A stretch of DNA of 64,000 nucleotides from Gammaproteobacteria bacterium. Its GTDB lineage: Bacteria; Pseudomonadota; Gammaproteobacteria; CBDBNL01; JAAOII01. Positions within the stretch are counted from its first letter, which is position 1. Each line of letters opens with the position of its first letter. Made by a program: the position numbers and the translations under genes. Where the stretch lies: contig OZ242372.1 of the NCBI GenBank assembly GCA_965209035.1, positions 1,952,001 to 2,016,000 of the forward strand. Direction: 5' to 3'. Below, in pieces: positions 47,467 to 59,314 of the stretch. The notes beneath the pieces are model-generated. The model saw only the letters and a program-made list of their open reading frames with translations. It was not told where the DNA came from and did not search any database.

Positions 47467-47979
47467 ATGCTAACTGCGAGAGGGTGGCTTGCCCTTATTT
47501 TTTTGTTGTTGATGCCGATTTCACCTCTTTGGGCGGGAACCGGCGAACCGGTTGCAAAAGACCTCGTCGCTTCTGTTGTAATCTTGCCATCGGCTGCCGC
47601 CGCTCGGGCGGAAGCTGCTCAGGCGGAAAAAGTGGTGCACCAAGACCGGGAAGAGCATTCGGAAGAAGAACTGGAAGATGTTATGAAGCGGATGGGTAAA
47701 ACGGTGAAAGCGTTGCGTAAATTATCGCGCGAATCATCCGCGGCCGAGGAAGTCCGAGCTCTTGCGACGAGGTTGCGACAGTATATTGAGATGGCATCCC
47801 GCAAGCCGCCGGAGGATCCGACCGATGCTTCTTATTTTCAAGAAGGCATGGTAGAACTCATAGCCGCCGCCGACCGTCTGGCGGATGCGAGCGAGAACGG
47901 CGGAAATGTTGAAGTGGAAGCGGCTGTTAGGGATCTGCTGTCCGTTCGCAAGAAGTATCACAAATTACTGGGAGTGTAG
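47467..47979 (+). CDS. cybC: Periplasmic cytochrome b562-like protein
   Basis: Signal peptide; ELEDVM (Met ligand) ... RKKYH (His ligand) four-helix pattern. ORF is open from 47398. Confidence 0.7.
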   Translation: MLTARGWLALIFLLLMPISPLWAGTGEPVAKDLVASVVILPSAAAARAEAAQAEKVVHQDREEHSEEELEDVMKRMGKTVKALRKLSRESSAAEEVRALATRLRQYIEMASRKPPEDPTDASYFQEGMVELIAAADRLADASENGGNVEVEAAVRDLLSVRKKYHKLLGV

Positions 47980-48030
47980 TTTGTTTGGGGGATCATGGAT
48001 CATGAATGAAAGTTAAAGCCATCATAATCA

Positions 48031-48483
48031 ATGCATAGTATTCATCATCAAGTTGGAATACGGACGGACTCTGCGGCTGTGGTCTATGATGCCCTGACCA
48101 GTCTGCAAGGAATTGCCGGTTGGTGGACCCGCCATACGGACGGCGAGCCGGACAAGACGGGCAGAGAATTGGGTTTGACATTTGGGGGTGTGCGGATGCA
48201 ACTTGCAGTGGAGGAGTTGGTGCCGGGGACGAGAGTGGCATGGCGATGTGTGCGGGCAAACGCACAGTGGGAGCAAACATTAATTTCGTTTGATTTGTCG
48301 CATGATCGGGGGACGAGCCAGGTTATTGTGGATTTTACTCACACAGGTTGGAAAGAGGCGACGCCCTTGGCCGCTCTGTGTTCTACCAAGTGGGCGATTT
48401 TTTTACTGAGCCTGAAACAACTGGTGGAAGAGGGCAAGGGTTCTCCCTATCCGGATGATATGCATATCAATTATTTTGAGTGA
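48031..48483 (+). CDS. SRPBCC/AHSA1-like domain protein
   Basis: VYDALT..GIAGWWT, VAWRC, FTHTGW, LSLKQLVEEGKG. Confidence 0.85.
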   Translation: MHSIHHQVGIRTDSAAVVYDALTSLQGIAGWWTRHTDGEPDKTGRELGLTFGGVRMQLAVEELVPGTRVAWRCVRANAQWEQTLISFDLSHDRGTSQVIVDFTHTGWKEATPLAALCSTKWAIFLLSLKQLVEEGKGSPYPDDMHINYFE

Positions 48484-48887
48484 TTTCCGGGCTTCGTGCT
48501 TCGGGCTTCAAAAATGAGGAAAGAGAAAGAGAAAGAGGAGTGAGGGATGCAGAATGCAATAGAATACTCGCGTTCGTTTAAGCATATCCGAAAACACCCC
48601 AATCAAAGCAAGCATCCCAAAGTAAGTATCAAGCCCTAAAAACGGGGCGGGTAAGCGATCAATCAATCATATGCTTTGCCCCTAATCCTAATCGCTGTTT
48701 GGGTTTAGGGGAGCTCGGCTGTTATTAAAGTTTAAAGTTTTAAAAGTGGCGGAAGATCCTGCGAGTGTTCGTCAATTCAAAAGCAGGCTCAATAATTGAG
48801 GGATCAACAGATTGGCCGTTTGGACGATGACCGAGCGGATGCCCCTGTTCTTGTTTCCAAATGACAGACAGAATCCGGTTCGGATCC

Positions 48888-50522
48888 TTAAGATTCGGAT
48901 TCCATCGCCTTTTTATAGTCGGCAATTATCTTGTCCGCCATCTTATTTGTTAGTTTGCCTGTGGTTGCTTTGGAACTCGGTGGCAATTTATAACTTTTCT
49001 CTTGCTCCACATGGGGTCTTATGCGTTCTATTATTTCCTTTATTTTTTCTTCAAGGAGACCATTTTCTTTCAAGTCGGATTCTATTTTTTCCAATTCGCC
49101 CGCGTCCATTCCGCCACCAAAGACAGTGCTTTCAAGGGCGGTTGCTTTCCCCCGAACCGCATTGATTCTTGTTTCCAAGGTGTCTCCGCTTATATACATA
49201 GTATCGCCTTCCTTGGAAAATGCCCCCTGCAAATCAGCATTCTTTAAATGCCCTCTTGGCAACCAGGCATTTGATAGGTCCGCTCCTTGCAAATTGGCAT
49301 TCTCTAAATCCGCTCCTTGCAACCTGGCATCTGATAAGTTTACTCCTTGCAACCGTGCATCTTGTAAGTTTGCTCCTTGCAACCGTGCATCTTGTAAGTT
49401 TGCTCCTTGCAACTGGGTATTATGTAAGTTTGCTCCTTGTAACCGGGCATCCCATAATTCTGCTCCTTGCAACTTGGCACCCCGTAAGTTTGTTCCTTGC
49501 AACTCGGCACCCCATAATTCTGCTCCTTGTAACTCGGCACCCCATAAGTGTGCTTTTTGCAATTGTGCTTTTGATAAGTCTGTTCCTTGCAATCGGGCAT
49601 TTGATAAGTTTGCTTCTTGCAATCGGGCATTGGACAAGTTTGCTTCTTGCAATCGGGCATTGGACAAGTTTGCTTCTTGCAATCGGGCATTGGACAAGTT
49701 TGCTTTTTGCAATTGGGCATGTTGCAGATCGGCATGTTGTAGATTGGCTGCCGACATCATTGCATTACCGAAGTTTGTCCAATGCAATTTCGCGCCGTGC
49801 AGGTCAATTTTTGTCAGATCCGCACCGAACAAATAAGCATTGGATAGATCCAAAAGAGGGATCTCCGGATCCGGGCGACCGAACTTCTTGTTAATGCGGC
49901 CGAGAACATTCAACAGAGACTGCACCTCGTTGGAAGGAGTATCCTCGTATGTTTCTCTGTATTCTTTTTGTTGAGTGGTTTCTCTCAGATGGGCGCAAAG
50001 AATATCGGCAATGTTCTGCAGCCGATCCGGTTCCAGACTGAGCAGACTATAGAGACCATAGATGCCTCCCAGGCGGGCGGACACAGACTGCCCGTTGCCG
50101 AGATGGGTAATGGCTTTATTAAAAATCACTTCCCGGTTGGATTGAAAGTGTGCCTGAACTCGCATATGAGCGACAATTAAACCGCAAACGCCGACCAGAC
50201 CGAACAAGCCAAACCCCAGCATGCGCAGGGTTTGTGCCTTGATGCTCGGTCCGTCGGCGATGTAAGTTGATCCGAAACGGCAGTCCCAAAAGTCTCCCCA
50301 AACATCGAAAATTCTTAAAACCAAAATAACCAACAAGACAAATGCGAATAGCCCCAAGATGCTTAACAGAGGGTGAGGCAGAATGTTCGTCTTAAAGAAC
50401 TTGCTAAGTTTGCTCACAGGTCCTCGCACCAGTCTCCTCAAGCTCTTGCCATAGGTATTCACTTTCGGCGGAAGCATTCCCAATTTGTTTTTCATTTTTC
50501 TTATCTTTATCATCTTCATCAT
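48888..50522 (-). CDS. Membrane-anchored pentapeptide-repeat protein
   Basis: Two TM segments, [15 protein letters not shown], then a long A(N/D/E)Lxx repeat tract. Start uncertain. Confidence 0.92.
   Translation of the reverse strand: MMKMIKIRKMKNKLGMLPPKVNTYGKSLRRLVRGPVSKLSKFFKTNILPHPLLSILGLFAFVLLVILVLRIFDVWGDFWDCRFGSTYIADGPSIKAQTLRMLGFGLFGLVGVCGLIVAHMRVQAHFQSNREVIFNKAITHLGNGQSVSARLGGIYGLYSLLSLEPDRLQNIADILCAHLRETTQQKEYRETYEDTPSNEVQSLLNVLGRINKKFGRPDPEIPLLDLSNAYLFGADLTKIDLHGAKLHWTNFGNAMMSAANLQHADLQHAQLQKANLSNARLQEANLSNARLQEANLSNARLQEANLSNARLQGTDLSKAQLQKAHLWGAELQGAELWGAELQGTNLRGAKLQGAELWDARLQGANLHNTQLQGANLQDARLQGANLQDARLQGVNLSDARLQGADLENANLQGADLSNAWLPRGHLKNADLQGAFSKEGDTMYISGDTLETRINAVRGKATALESTVFGGGMDAGELEKIESDLKENGLLEEKIKEIIERIRPHVEQEKSYKLPPSSKATTGKLTNKMADKIIADYKKAMESES
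49230..49830 (-). repeat. 15/30-bp tandem repeats encoding pentapeptides
   Basis: e.g. AATCGGGCATTGGACAAGTTTGCTTCTTGC repeated at 49621-49710. Confidence 0.92.
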
Positions 50523-50720
50523 CTGTGTATTCAATCGCCGGGCAAGGATCCCCGAGGGACTCGCCCAAACGGACAACTCTTGTTATGGGTATTTATTATA
50601 GAGTGCCGGCAAGTCATCCGAGAATATCCAAATTTAAAGAGCCGCCGAAATATGGTAAATTATGACTATGGATTATTTAATTCACCACCCATATCATTAA
50701 CCAACAAAAAATCATTCATC

Positions 50721-52640
50721 ATGAAAATATTTAAAGAACAAACTTTCAGTAGCAACTGCATTGCATGCATTGCCGCGGTCGGACAAACGGCACGCAGCGG
50801 CACGATGTTATTCATTCCATTATTGACAATCGCCCTGTCGGTTGCCCTACTCGCCGCCTGTGGCGGAGGCGGCGGTTCCGGCGGCGGAGCGAACACGGAC
50901 ACAGATGGAGACGGAATTCTAAATTCAGCGGATAACTGTCCCTCGGTTGCCAATCCGGACCAAAACAACACGGATTTTGCGACGGATGCGACAACGGGAG
51001 ACGCTCTGGGCGATGCCTGTGATCCGGATGATGACAATGACGGTTTTCCGGATGTAGCAAATGCGACTAACCCGGCCGCGGATAACTGCCCCTTGGTTTA
51101 CAATCCGAAACAAACCAACACAGATGGAGCGGACGATGGCGGCGATGCCTGTGATCCGGACGTTGACGATGACACACACCTGAATATGGTAGATGTGGAC
51201 GACAATAATAATGGCCTCATAGAAATTCACACTTTGGATGACTTGGAGCGGCTGCGCGATGATCTGGATGGCGATGGGATAGATGATAAAAGGATTGCCG
51301 AGGTTGCCGCCGAGGGAAATACGGGCTGTCCCGATAACGACGGCTGTAATGGCTACGAATTGAGCCGCTCGCTGAATTTTAGCGATGCGGCATCCTACGC
51401 GAACAGCAGTAAGATGGCTGCCTGGACGAGCGACAATGGCTGGCAGCCGATCGGATTCTGTAGAGAAACGAATCCGGGTCAGAATACTTGTGTGGCTTAT
51501 ACGGCCTACACGGCGAAGTTCGACGGTCAGGGTTATGCTCTTGCCGACCTGTTCATTGCCGGGCGTGATAGCGTCTCCGGCACGGGATTATTTGGCGCGT
51601 TCATCGGTGGCACTCTCCAAAATCTGCATCTCATCAATGCGAATTTCAACGAGGTTGGAAGTGATGTCGGTCTGTTGGTGGGTTACAGTCGGGATGCCCG
51701 TCTTGAGAATTTGTCGGTGGTCGGCGGGACGGTGCTCAATGCGACGGGTTCCCGGATAGGCGGTTTGGTCGGCGATATAGAGGCTTCGGTGATTCGTAAT
51801 GCGTCCGTGTCGGGTGTGACTCTGCGTACGGCAGAGGAGAGCAATCACATGGGTGGTTTGGCCGGCTTTGGTGAAAGGAATGCGGTGCATTATTCCTATG
51901 CATCCGGTATATCTATTTTCCCCGGTACTTCTACGGGTGGTTCTGTCGGTGGTTTATTCGGCGCCGGCGAGAGTTCCAATATTAGTCATTCCTATGTGAT
52001 GGATGCGGATCTGATGGGAACTACTACTGTCGGTGGCCTGCTTGGTAACGGACCGGATGCCCGTATTAGTCATTCCTATGTGATGAATAGCACTATTGAT
52101 GGTCTTAGTGCTACGGGTGGTTTGATTGGACTCGTACTTGGTTCAGCTGAGATTCGTTATTCCTATGTGGTTGGTGGCAATCTTCCCCGTAATGCAAGAC
52201 AAGGTGGTTTGATTGGAGAAGCATATAATGCTGAGGCTCGTTATTCCTATGTAGCCGATATTCAAATTTCCACGGGCATTAAATCTGGTACCGGCGGCTT
52301 GTTCGGGCAAGGAAACGATTTAACCGCCATTGCCTCCTATTTTGACAATGAGACGACCGGGCAATCGTCCGGTGCGGGTACCGGCACAGGCCGGGTAGGC
52401 ATCGGCATGGGCGAGACGAGCCGGACAACCAAGATGCTGCAAAACCCCGACTTCATGGGGGACTATGCCGACTGGGGCAACTTCTGGTGTCATCCGGGGA
52501 CCGCCGAGATCCGTATGGATACCGATGACGACGGTCCCGGTGCTCCTTTCATCCGTGCTTGGGATCTCGGCACGGCACAGCAATACCCCGCACTCACCTG
52601 CACACCCGGCGGTGTGGCAAGGCAGCGGCAAAGACAATAA
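50721..52640 (+). CDS. Surface lipoprotein with thrombospondin type 3 repeats and GLUG-like beta-helix, copy 1
   Basis: Lipobox LAAC + Gly linker; [27 protein letters not shown]; repeated xGGLxG; [12 protein letters not shown]. Confidence 0.85.
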   Translation: MKIFKEQTFSSNCIACIAAVGQTARSGTMLFIPLLTIALSVALLAACGGGGGSGGGANTDTDGDGILNSADNCPSVANPDQNNTDFATDATTGDALGDACDPDDDNDGFPDVANATNPAADNCPLVYNPKQTNTDGADDGGDACDPDVDDDTHLNMVDVDDNNNGLIEIHTLDDLERLRDDLDGDGIDDKRIAEVAAEGNTGCPDNDGCNGYELSRSLNFSDAASYANSSKMAAWTSDNGWQPIGFCRETNPGQNTCVAYTAYTAKFDGQGYALADLFIAGRDSVSGTGLFGAFIGGTLQNLHLINANFNEVGSDVGLLVGYSRDARLENLSVVGGTVLNATGSRIGGLVGDIEASVIRNASVSGVTLRTAEESNHMGGLAGFGERNAVHYSYASGISIFPGTSTGGSVGGLFGAGESSNISHSYVMDADLMGTTTVGGLLGNGPDARISHSYVMNSTIDGLSATGGLIGLVLGSAEIRYSYVVGGNLPRNARQGGLIGEAYNAEARYSYVADIQISTGIKSGTGGLFGQGNDLTAIASYFDNETTGQSSGAGTGTGRVGIGMGETSRTTKMLQNPDFMGDYADWGNFWCHPGTAEIRMDTDDDGPGAPFIRAWDLGTAQQYPALTCTPGGVARQRQRQ

Positions 52641-52683
52641 CACAATTTAGGATATTATTTTAATCAACAAAAAATCATTTATT

Positions 52684-54609
52684 ATGAACACATTTAAATT
52701 AAATACTTTTAGTAGCAACTGCATTGCATGCATTGCCGCGGTCGGGCAACCGGCACGCAGCGGCACAATGTTATCAATGTTATTCATTCCATTATTGACA
52801 ATCGCCCTGTCGTTCGTCCTACTCACCGCCTGTGGTGGCGGCGGTGGTTCTGGCGGGGGAGCAAACATGGACTCGGACGGAGACGGAATTCTAAATTCAG
52901 CGGATAACTGTCCCTCGGTTGCCAATCCGGACCAAAACAACACGGATTTTGCGGCGGATGCGACAACCGGAGACACTCTGGGCGATGCCTGTGATCCGGA
53001 TGATGACAATGACGGTTTTCCGGATGTAGCAAATGCGACTAACCCGGCCGCGGATAACTGCCCCTTGGTTTACAATCCGAAACAAACCAACACAGATGGA
53101 GCGGACGATGGCGGCGATGCCTGTGATCCGGACGCTGACGATGACACACACTTGAATACGGTAGATGTGGACGACAATAATAATGGCCTCATAGAAATTC
53201 ACACTTTGGATGACTTGGAGCGGCTACGTGTTGATCTGGATGGCGATGGGGAGGCGGATCAAACGATTGCCGGGATTACCGCTATGGGTTCTGTGGGTTG
53301 CCCGAGTTCCGGCTGTTCGGCGGGCTACGAATTAACCCGCTCGTTAAATTTCAGCGATGCGGCATCCTACGCGAACCGCAGCAAGATGGCTGCCTGGACG
53401 AGCGGCAACGGCTGGCAGCCCATCGGATTTTGTAGAGAAACGAATCCGAGTCAGTCTACTTGTATGGCTTATACGGCCTACACGGCGAAGTTCGACGGTC
53501 AGGGTTACGCTCTTGCCGATCTGTTCATTGCCGGGCGTGACAGCACCTTTGGCACGGGATTATTTGGCGCGTTCATCGGTGGTCGTCTCCAAAACCTGCA
53601 TCTCTTGAATGCGAATTTCAACGAGGTTAGAAGCGATGTTGGTCTGTTGGTGGGTTACAGCCAGGATGCCCACTTTGAGAATGTGTCGGTGGTCGGCGGG
53701 ACGGTGCTCAATGCGACGGGTGCCCGGATAGGCGGTCTGGTCGGTGATATAGCGGATTCGGTGATTCGTAATGCGTCCGTGTCGGGTGTGACTCTGCGTT
53801 CGGCAAGGGAGAGCAATCACATGGGTGGTTTGGCCGGCTTTGGTGAAAGGAATGCGGTGCATTATTCCTATGCATCCGGTCTTTCTATTTTTTCCGGTAT
53901 TACGGCGGGTGGTTCTGTCGGTGGTCTGTTCGGTGCCGGCGGGGGTTCCAATATTAGTCATTCCTATGTGATGGATGCGGATCTGATGGGAACTACTTCT
54001 GTCGGTGGTCTGCTTGGTAGCGGACCGGATGCCCGTATTAGTCATTCCTATGTGATGGATAGCACTATTGACGGCACTAGTTCTACCGGTGGTTTGATTG
54101 GATTTGCAAGCGGTCTGGGTGCTGATATTCGTTATTCCTATGTGGTTGGTGGCAATATTCCTCGTAATGCAAGACAAGGTGGTTTGATTGGAGAAGCATA
54201 TAATGCTGAGGTTCGTTATTCCTATGTAGCCGATATTCAAATTTCCACGGGCACTAAAATTGGTGCCGGTGGCTTGTTCGGCCAAGGAAACGATTTAACC
54301 GCCATTGCCTCCTATTTTGACAATGAGACGACCGGGCAGTCGTCCGGTGCGGGTGCCGGCACGGGCCGAGTAGGCATCGGCATGGGCGAGACAAGCCGGA
54401 CGACCGAGATGCTGCAAAACCCCAACTTCACGGGGGACTATGCCGACTGGGGCAACTTCTGGTGTCATCCGGGGACAGACGAGATCCGTATGGATACCAC
54501 TGACGATGGTCCCGGTGCTCCGTTCATCCGTGTCTGGGATCTCGGAACGGCCGAGCAATACCCCGCGCTCACCTGCACACCCGGCGGTGTGGCAAGGCAG
54601 CGGCGATAA
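52684..54609 (+). CDS. TSP3/GLUG lipoprotein, copy 2
   Basis: Full-length paralog of 50721-52640. Confidence 0.85.
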   Translation: MNTFKLNTFSSNCIACIAAVGQPARSGTMLSMLFIPLLTIALSFVLLTACGGGGGSGGGANMDSDGDGILNSADNCPSVANPDQNNTDFAADATTGDTLGDACDPDDDNDGFPDVANATNPAADNCPLVYNPKQTNTDGADDGGDACDPDADDDTHLNTVDVDDNNNGLIEIHTLDDLERLRVDLDGDGEADQTIAGITAMGSVGCPSSGCSAGYELTRSLNFSDAASYANRSKMAAWTSGNGWQPIGFCRETNPSQSTCMAYTAYTAKFDGQGYALADLFIAGRDSTFGTGLFGAFIGGRLQNLHLLNANFNEVRSDVGLLVGYSQDAHFENVSVVGGTVLNATGARIGGLVGDIADSVIRNASVSGVTLRSARESNHMGGLAGFGERNAVHYSYASGLSIFSGITAGGSVGGLFGAGGGSNISHSYVMDADLMGTTSVGGLLGSGPDARISHSYVMDSTIDGTSSTGGLIGFASGLGADIRYSYVVGGNIPRNARQGGLIGEAYNAEVRYSYVADIQISTGTKIGAGGLFGQGNDLTAIASYFDNETTGQSSGAGAGTGRVGIGMGETSRTTEMLQNPNFTGDYADWGNFWCHPGTDEIRMDTTDDGPGAPFIRVWDLGTAEQYPALTCTPGGVARQRR

Positions 54610-54679
54610 CGCAATAACGCCAATTAACGCAGAACGAACGTCTACTTTTAACTATTTTTATTCACAAAAACAAAAACAA

Positions 54680-54844
54680 ATGATTATGAAAATATTTGCA
54701 ATACAAACTCTTAGATGCAACTGCATCGCCGCGGCCGGGCAAACGGCGCGCGGCGGGACAAAGTTATTCATTCCATTATTGACAATCGCCCTGTCGCTCG
54801 TTATGCGTGCCGGCAACTCCCCCCATAAGTTCAGTTCTACATAG
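54680..54844 (+). pseudogene. Truncated third TSP3/GLUG copy (leader peptide only)
   Basis: [37 protein letters not shown] matches the paralog N-termini, then similarity stops just before an IS scar. Confidence 0.8.
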
Positions 54845-54845
54845 A

Positions 54846-54874
54846 AAAAGCCCAAAAATGAGTGGGATCATACA
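54846..54874 (+). mobile_element. Solo IS481-like terminal IR scar (opposite end of the element)
   Basis: Reverse complement TGTATGATCCCACTCATTTTTGGGCTTTT vs IS end TGTATGATCCCACCCATTTCTGGACTTTT (3 mismatches in 29). Confidence 0.85.
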
Positions 54875-55035
54875 CAGGGACACAATGTTGGTTTATTAAC
54901 CACAATTTATGGTAAATTGTTACTGAGTTCGTTGCTATGATGCAATTATTCATTTTGGATTCATTTTGGATGCGGTTATGGCAAGGATTAAAATAAAATA
55001 ATACTTTTAATTAATAACAAACATAATAAAAAATA

Positions 55036-56166
55036 ATGATAAAGACATTTAATAAATTGTTGTTGGCATTTGCGGTTGGCTTTTTGTTTGCCGCACAGTC
55101 CGCTGTTGCCGACATTAAAATTGGTGTGGCAGGTCCTCACTCGGGTGCTTATGCCGCTTTTGGCGAGCAACTTTGGAGAGGAGCGACTCAAGCCATTGAA
55201 GACATTAATGCCCAAGGCGGCATCAACGGTGAAAAGTTGGTTGCTGTCAAGGGTGACGATGCTTGCGAACCCAAGCAAGCGGTCAATGTTGCCAACCGAT
55301 TGATAGAAAAAGATAAGGTCGCGGCGGTTGTCGGACACTTCTGCTCTTCCAATACGATTCCCGCATCGGCAATCTATAACGAAGCCGATGTGCTTTCTAT
55401 CACACCGGCATCCACGAATCCGCAAGTTACGGATCGCGGACTGAGCGGTGTTTTTCGCGTTTGCGGTCGGGACGATCAGCAAGGCGAAGTGGCGGGCAAT
55501 TATATTGCGAGTACTTTGAAAGCAAGGAAAGTTGTGATTATTCATGACAAGGATACTTACGGTCAAGGACTTGCGGATGCAACACGGGATACTTTGAAGA
55601 AAAAGCAAAAAGTTAAGGTGGTGCTGTATGAAGGACTTACCCGCGGTGAAAAAGATTTCAACGCGTTGGTTACCAAAATCCGCTCTTTGAATCCGGATGT
55701 TGTTTACTTCGGCGGCTTGCACTCCGAAGCCGGGCCCTTGTTGCGTCAGTTGCGCGAACAGGGATCGGATGCCTGGTTCATTTCCGGTGACGGTATCGTG
55801 TCCGCAGACTTTGTCAAGACCGCGGGCGGCCCGCAATTCTTGACCAAAACTCTGATGACTTTTGGCGCGGATCCGCGTGATGCGGACAGCAATCCGACCG
55901 GGGCTGCTTTGGTTGGGAAGTTTCGTAAGAAAGGATACGAGCCGGAAGGCTATACGCTGTATTCCTACACTGCGGTTCAGGTTGTTGCAGCCGCTATGAA
56001 AGCGGTCGGCGTTAAGGCCGGCGGTGCCAAACAGGGTGCTTGGTTGCAGAAAAATGCCGTTCCCAGCGTGATGGGAGAGAAGGCGTTTGACAGCAAGGGT
56101 GACCTGAAAGTCTCTGACTATGTGATGTATCAGTGGAAAACGGACGGGACCTATTCGCAACTCTAA
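55036..56166 (+). CDS. Branched-chain amino acid ABC substrate-binding protein (LivJ/BraC)
   Basis: IKIGVAGPHSG, DDACEPKQA, GHFCSS, GRDDQQG, HDKDTYGQGLA. Confidence 0.93.
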   Translation: MIKTFNKLLLAFAVGFLFAAQSAVADIKIGVAGPHSGAYAAFGEQLWRGATQAIEDINAQGGINGEKLVAVKGDDACEPKQAVNVANRLIEKDKVAAVVGHFCSSNTIPASAIYNEADVLSITPASTNPQVTDRGLSGVFRVCGRDDQQGEVAGNYIASTLKARKVVIIHDKDTYGQGLADATRDTLKKKQKVKVVLYEGLTRGEKDFNALVTKIRSLNPDVVYFGGLHSEAGPLLRQLREQGSDAWFISGDGIVSADFVKTAGGPQFLTKTLMTFGADPRDADSNPTGAALVGKFRKKGYEPEGYTLYSYTAVQVVAAAMKAVGVKAGGAKQGAWLQKNAVPSVMGEKAFDSKGDLKVSDYVMYQWKTDGTYSQL

Positions 56167-56241
56167 GTCTTAAACAACTTTGAAAACGCGGTCGGCGAGG
56201 GAGCGGTTTTTTATCCGCTCCTTTGTTTCCCCGTTTTGTTT

Positions 56242-56270
56242 AACCGCCCTTTCAAAAAGGGCGGTTTTTT
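56242..56270 (+). terminator. Rho-independent terminator
   Basis: AACCGCCCTT-TCAAA-AAGGGCGGTT followed by a T run. Confidence 0.8.
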
Positions 56271-56342
56271 ATTAATGATGAATTAAATGCCGCAATGCCG
56301 TTTGATCGGTATTTTGGGGTAAAATAAAAGAAACGAAAAAAA

Positions 56343-57137
56343 ATGATGCGAACAAAACACTTACTTTCAATTCTGGTGACCTTCTTTGTCATGTTCTTTG
56401 CGTTCTTTGCCGCCGGATTATGGGCGGATGTTAGAACAGAGGAGGTTGCATATCACGGTACCGCCAAAGATACCAAAGCCACCGAAGACACCAAAACCAC
56501 TAAAGGCTACCTGGCATCGCCCGATGGCAAGGGACCTTTTCCGGCTGTGATCCTCATTCATGAATGGTGGGGGCTAAACGATAATATTCGCGCCGAAGCA
56601 CGCCGATATGCGGAGGAGGGGTATGTTGCCCTGGCGGTGGATCTGTATGGCGGTGAGTCCGCCAAAAAGCCGGAGGATGCGCGCGCCCTTGCCGGTGCCG
56701 TGCAAAAAGACATGGACGCGGCGTTTGCCAATTTGCGTTCGGCTATTTCCTACTTGAAGGGAAATGCCGGTGTTGATAAGGACCGCATTGCTTCCGTCGG
56801 CTGGTGCTTTGGCGGCGGTTGGTCATATCAAATGGCAAAGAATAACCTGGGCACCAAGGCGTCTGTCATTTATTATGGCAGGTTTAACCCGGCCGATGAT
56901 CTCGCACAGATGCGCGCAAAAATCATGGGGCATTTTGGCGAGAAGGACCGTGCGATTCGCGCGGATGATGTCCGTCAGTTCGGGGCAAAATTAAAGACGC
57001 TGTCCGGCGAGCATGAGGTGTTCATTTATCCGAATGCGGGACACGGGTTTGCCAATCCGGGGAATCCGGCACATGATCCGGCGGCAACCGGGCAGGCGAA
57101 CCGTCGCACGCTGGAGTTCTTGCGGAAATATCTTTAA
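56343..57137 (+). CDS. Secreted dienelactone hydrolase family protein
   Basis: IHEWWGLN, GWCFGG, YPNAGHGF. Confidence 0.9.
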   Translation: MMRTKHLLSILVTFFVMFFAFFAAGLWADVRTEEVAYHGTAKDTKATEDTKTTKGYLASPDGKGPFPAVILIHEWWGLNDNIRAEARRYAEEGYVALAVDLYGGESAKKPEDARALAGAVQKDMDAAFANLRSAISYLKGNAGVDKDRIASVGWCFGGGWSYQMAKNNLGTKASVIYYGRFNPADDLAQMRAKIMGHFGEKDRAIRADDVRQFGAKLKTLSGEHEVFIYPNAGHGFANPGNPAHDPAATGQANRRTLEFLRKYL

Positions 57138-57228
57138 GGTATCCCGGCAGAAGAAAGAACGAAGTGCGCGGAATGAATGCCCCCGAAGTCCTCGAACATG
57201 AATTTGTGAGTGCTATTTTTATAAAAAT

Positions 57229-58179
57229 TTGAGTATGGATCATTTGGATTTTGAGTCTCCCATAGTGGAGTTGCGGCAGAAGATAGACAGTCTTCGGCGG
57301 GCCGGTGATGAGAATGGTCTCAACCTTACCGCGGAGATTATCAAGTTGGAGGAACGGCTTGAAAATACGACGCGGCGGATTTTCAATAACCTGAGCGATT
57401 GGCAGATTACGCAAACGGCGCGGCACCCGGCCAGACCTTACTTTATGGACTATGTGAGTAACATCTTTGACGACGCCACGGAGCTGCATGGCGATCGCCA
57501 TTACGGAGATGACAAGGCGTTGGTGGGTTTTCTGGCAACCCTGGACGGCAAACCCGTGATGGTGCTGGGACACCAAAAAGGGCGCGAAGTTGCCGAAAAG
57601 GTGAAGCGTAATTTTGGCATGCCCAGACCGGAAGGCTATCGCAAGGCGTTGCGCCTGATGCGGTTGGCGGAAAAGTTTAGTTTACCGATCCTTACTTTTA
57701 TTGATACGCCGGGGGCATATCCCGGCATCGGCGCGGAGGAGCGCGGCCAAAGTGAGGCGATAGCGCGCAATCTGGAAGTGATGTCCCGTTTGAAAGTGCC
57801 GGTGATCAGTTTGGTGATCGGCGAAGGCGGTTCCGGCGGTGCACTGGCGATCGGTGTGTGCGATTATCTGATGATGTTGCAGTATTCCGTTTATTCGGTC
57901 ATTTCGCCGGAGGGTTGTGCTTCCATACTTTGGCGGGATGCCAAGTATGCGGATCAGGCGGCCAAGGCCATGTCTGTTACCGCCGCGAAATTGCATAAAT
58001 TGAAGATGATTGATGAGGTGATTGAGGAGCCATTTGGCGGCGCACACCGCGATCCGACACAAGTTTTTCGTAAGGTGAAGGCCGCGTTGATTGGCAAACT
58101 GACGCAACTCGGATCCGAGGACACCAAGGATCTGCTCACCGCACGCTACAACAGGTTGATGGGTTACGGGCGGAGTTAG
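57229..58179 (+). CDS. accA: Acetyl-CoA carboxylase carboxyltransferase alpha
   Basis: [42 protein letters not shown]. Confidence 0.97.
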   Translation: MSMDHLDFESPIVELRQKIDSLRRAGDENGLNLTAEIIKLEERLENTTRRIFNNLSDWQITQTARHPARPYFMDYVSNIFDDATELHGDRHYGDDKALVGFLATLDGKPVMVLGHQKGREVAEKVKRNFGMPRPEGYRKALRLMRLAEKFSLPILTFIDTPGAYPGIGAEERGQSEAIARNLEVMSRLKVPVISLVIGEGGSGGALAIGVCDYLMMLQYSVYSVISPEGCASILWRDAKYADQAAKAMSVTAAKLHKLKMIDEVIEEPFGGAHRDPTQVFRKVKAALIGKLTQLGSEDTKDLLTARYNRLMGYGRS

Positions 58180-58265
58180 TTGCCGGTTGTTTAAACATTT
58201 CATAAACATCAAATTTTTTAGCCTTTTAATCCTTTAATCCTTTAATCTTCCCCCGCTTCTCGTCT

Positions 58266-59285
58266 ATGGCATTGCCGCGGCCTGCGGTTATTTTTATACT
58301 TGGGCCTACCGCGATCGGTAAGAGCCGTGTTGCCCAGTCCGTTGCCAAGTCCGTCGGCGGTGAAATTGTCAATGCGGATTCGGTGCAGATTTATCGCGGC
58401 CTGGACAAAGGGACGGCCAAGCCCGCACCGGAAGTTCGCCGCGAGATCCCGCACCATTTGATTGATATAACGGATGCCGCGGAAAATTATTCGGCGGCTC
58501 TTTATGCCAATAGGGCAAAATCTGTGATCGCGGATATTTTGCGTCGCAAGAAAATCGCCGTGGTTACCGGCGGAACAATGTTTTATGCCCGGGCGTTGCT
58601 TGAAGGGCTGGCCGACTTGCCGCCGGCACAACCAAAAATACGGGAGAAGTATCTTAAATTAGCGGAGGAACTTGGTTGGCCCCGGCTGCATGAACGCCTG
58701 TCGCAATTGGATGAGCATTCCGCCCAAAGGATTCCGGCCGGCGACAAGCAGAGGATTCTGCGGGCTCTGGAGGTGATTGATTGCACCGGCCAAAGTTTTT
58801 CAACCTTGCTGAAAGACAAGCACAGGCACGGCGGGCTAAAGAAAATTCTTGGCGAGAGAGGGATCCCCTTGCGGGTTTACGGTATTTTGCCCGGCGAGCG
58901 GAGTGTTTTGCATGAACGGATCGCTCGTCGGTTTGCCGGATTTCTGGATAGTGGCTTGGTGGAAGAAGTGCAAACCTTACAAAAGAGAGGCGATCTGAGT
59001 TTGCAAAACAGTTCCGTTCGCTCGGTCGGATACAGACAAGTATGGCAGCACTTGGAAGAGAAAGGGGAAAGGGAAAGGGAAAGGAAAGGGGAAGGGAAAG
59101 CGGAGTTTGATTACGAGGAGATGATTGCAAAAGCGGTTGCCGCGACCCGTCAGTTGGCAAAACGGCAGCTCACCTGGCTTAGAAATTGGGAAGAGATTAC
59201 GCGGTTGGATGCTTCGGTTGCCGAAGCGACTATCACGGAAGATGTGCTTTTGCGATTGGATGCGGCAAAACCGGCAAAATATTAG
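58266..59285 (+). CDS. miaA: tRNA dimethylallyltransferase
   Basis: GPTAIGKS, DSVQIYRGLDKGTAKP, GGTMFY, RQLAKRQLTW. Confidence 0.97.
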   Translation: MALPRPAVIFILGPTAIGKSRVAQSVAKSVGGEIVNADSVQIYRGLDKGTAKPAPEVRREIPHHLIDITDAAENYSAALYANRAKSVIADILRRKKIAVVTGGTMFYARALLEGLADLPPAQPKIREKYLKLAEELGWPRLHERLSQLDEHSAQRIPAGDKQRILRALEVIDCTGQSFSTLLKDKHRHGGLKKILGERGIPLRVYGILPGERSVLHERIARRFAGFLDSGLVEEVQTLQKRGDLSLQNSSVRSVGYRQVWQHLEEKGERERERKGEGKAEFDYEEMIAKAVAATRQLAKRQLTWLRNWEEITRLDASVAEATITEDVLLRLDAAKPAKY

Positions 59286-59314
59286 TTGAGCCGGTTTGAT
59301 ACCTTTATACCGGA

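Noticed and set aside
50721-54609. Diversity-generating retroelement acting on the paralogs
   Set aside because: No reverse transcriptase in the window, and differences are not adenine-specific.
54988-56160. Long antisense ORFs (also 31625-32665, 30123-31067, 49021-49836)
   Set aside because: Shadows of well-supported genes on the opposite strand.
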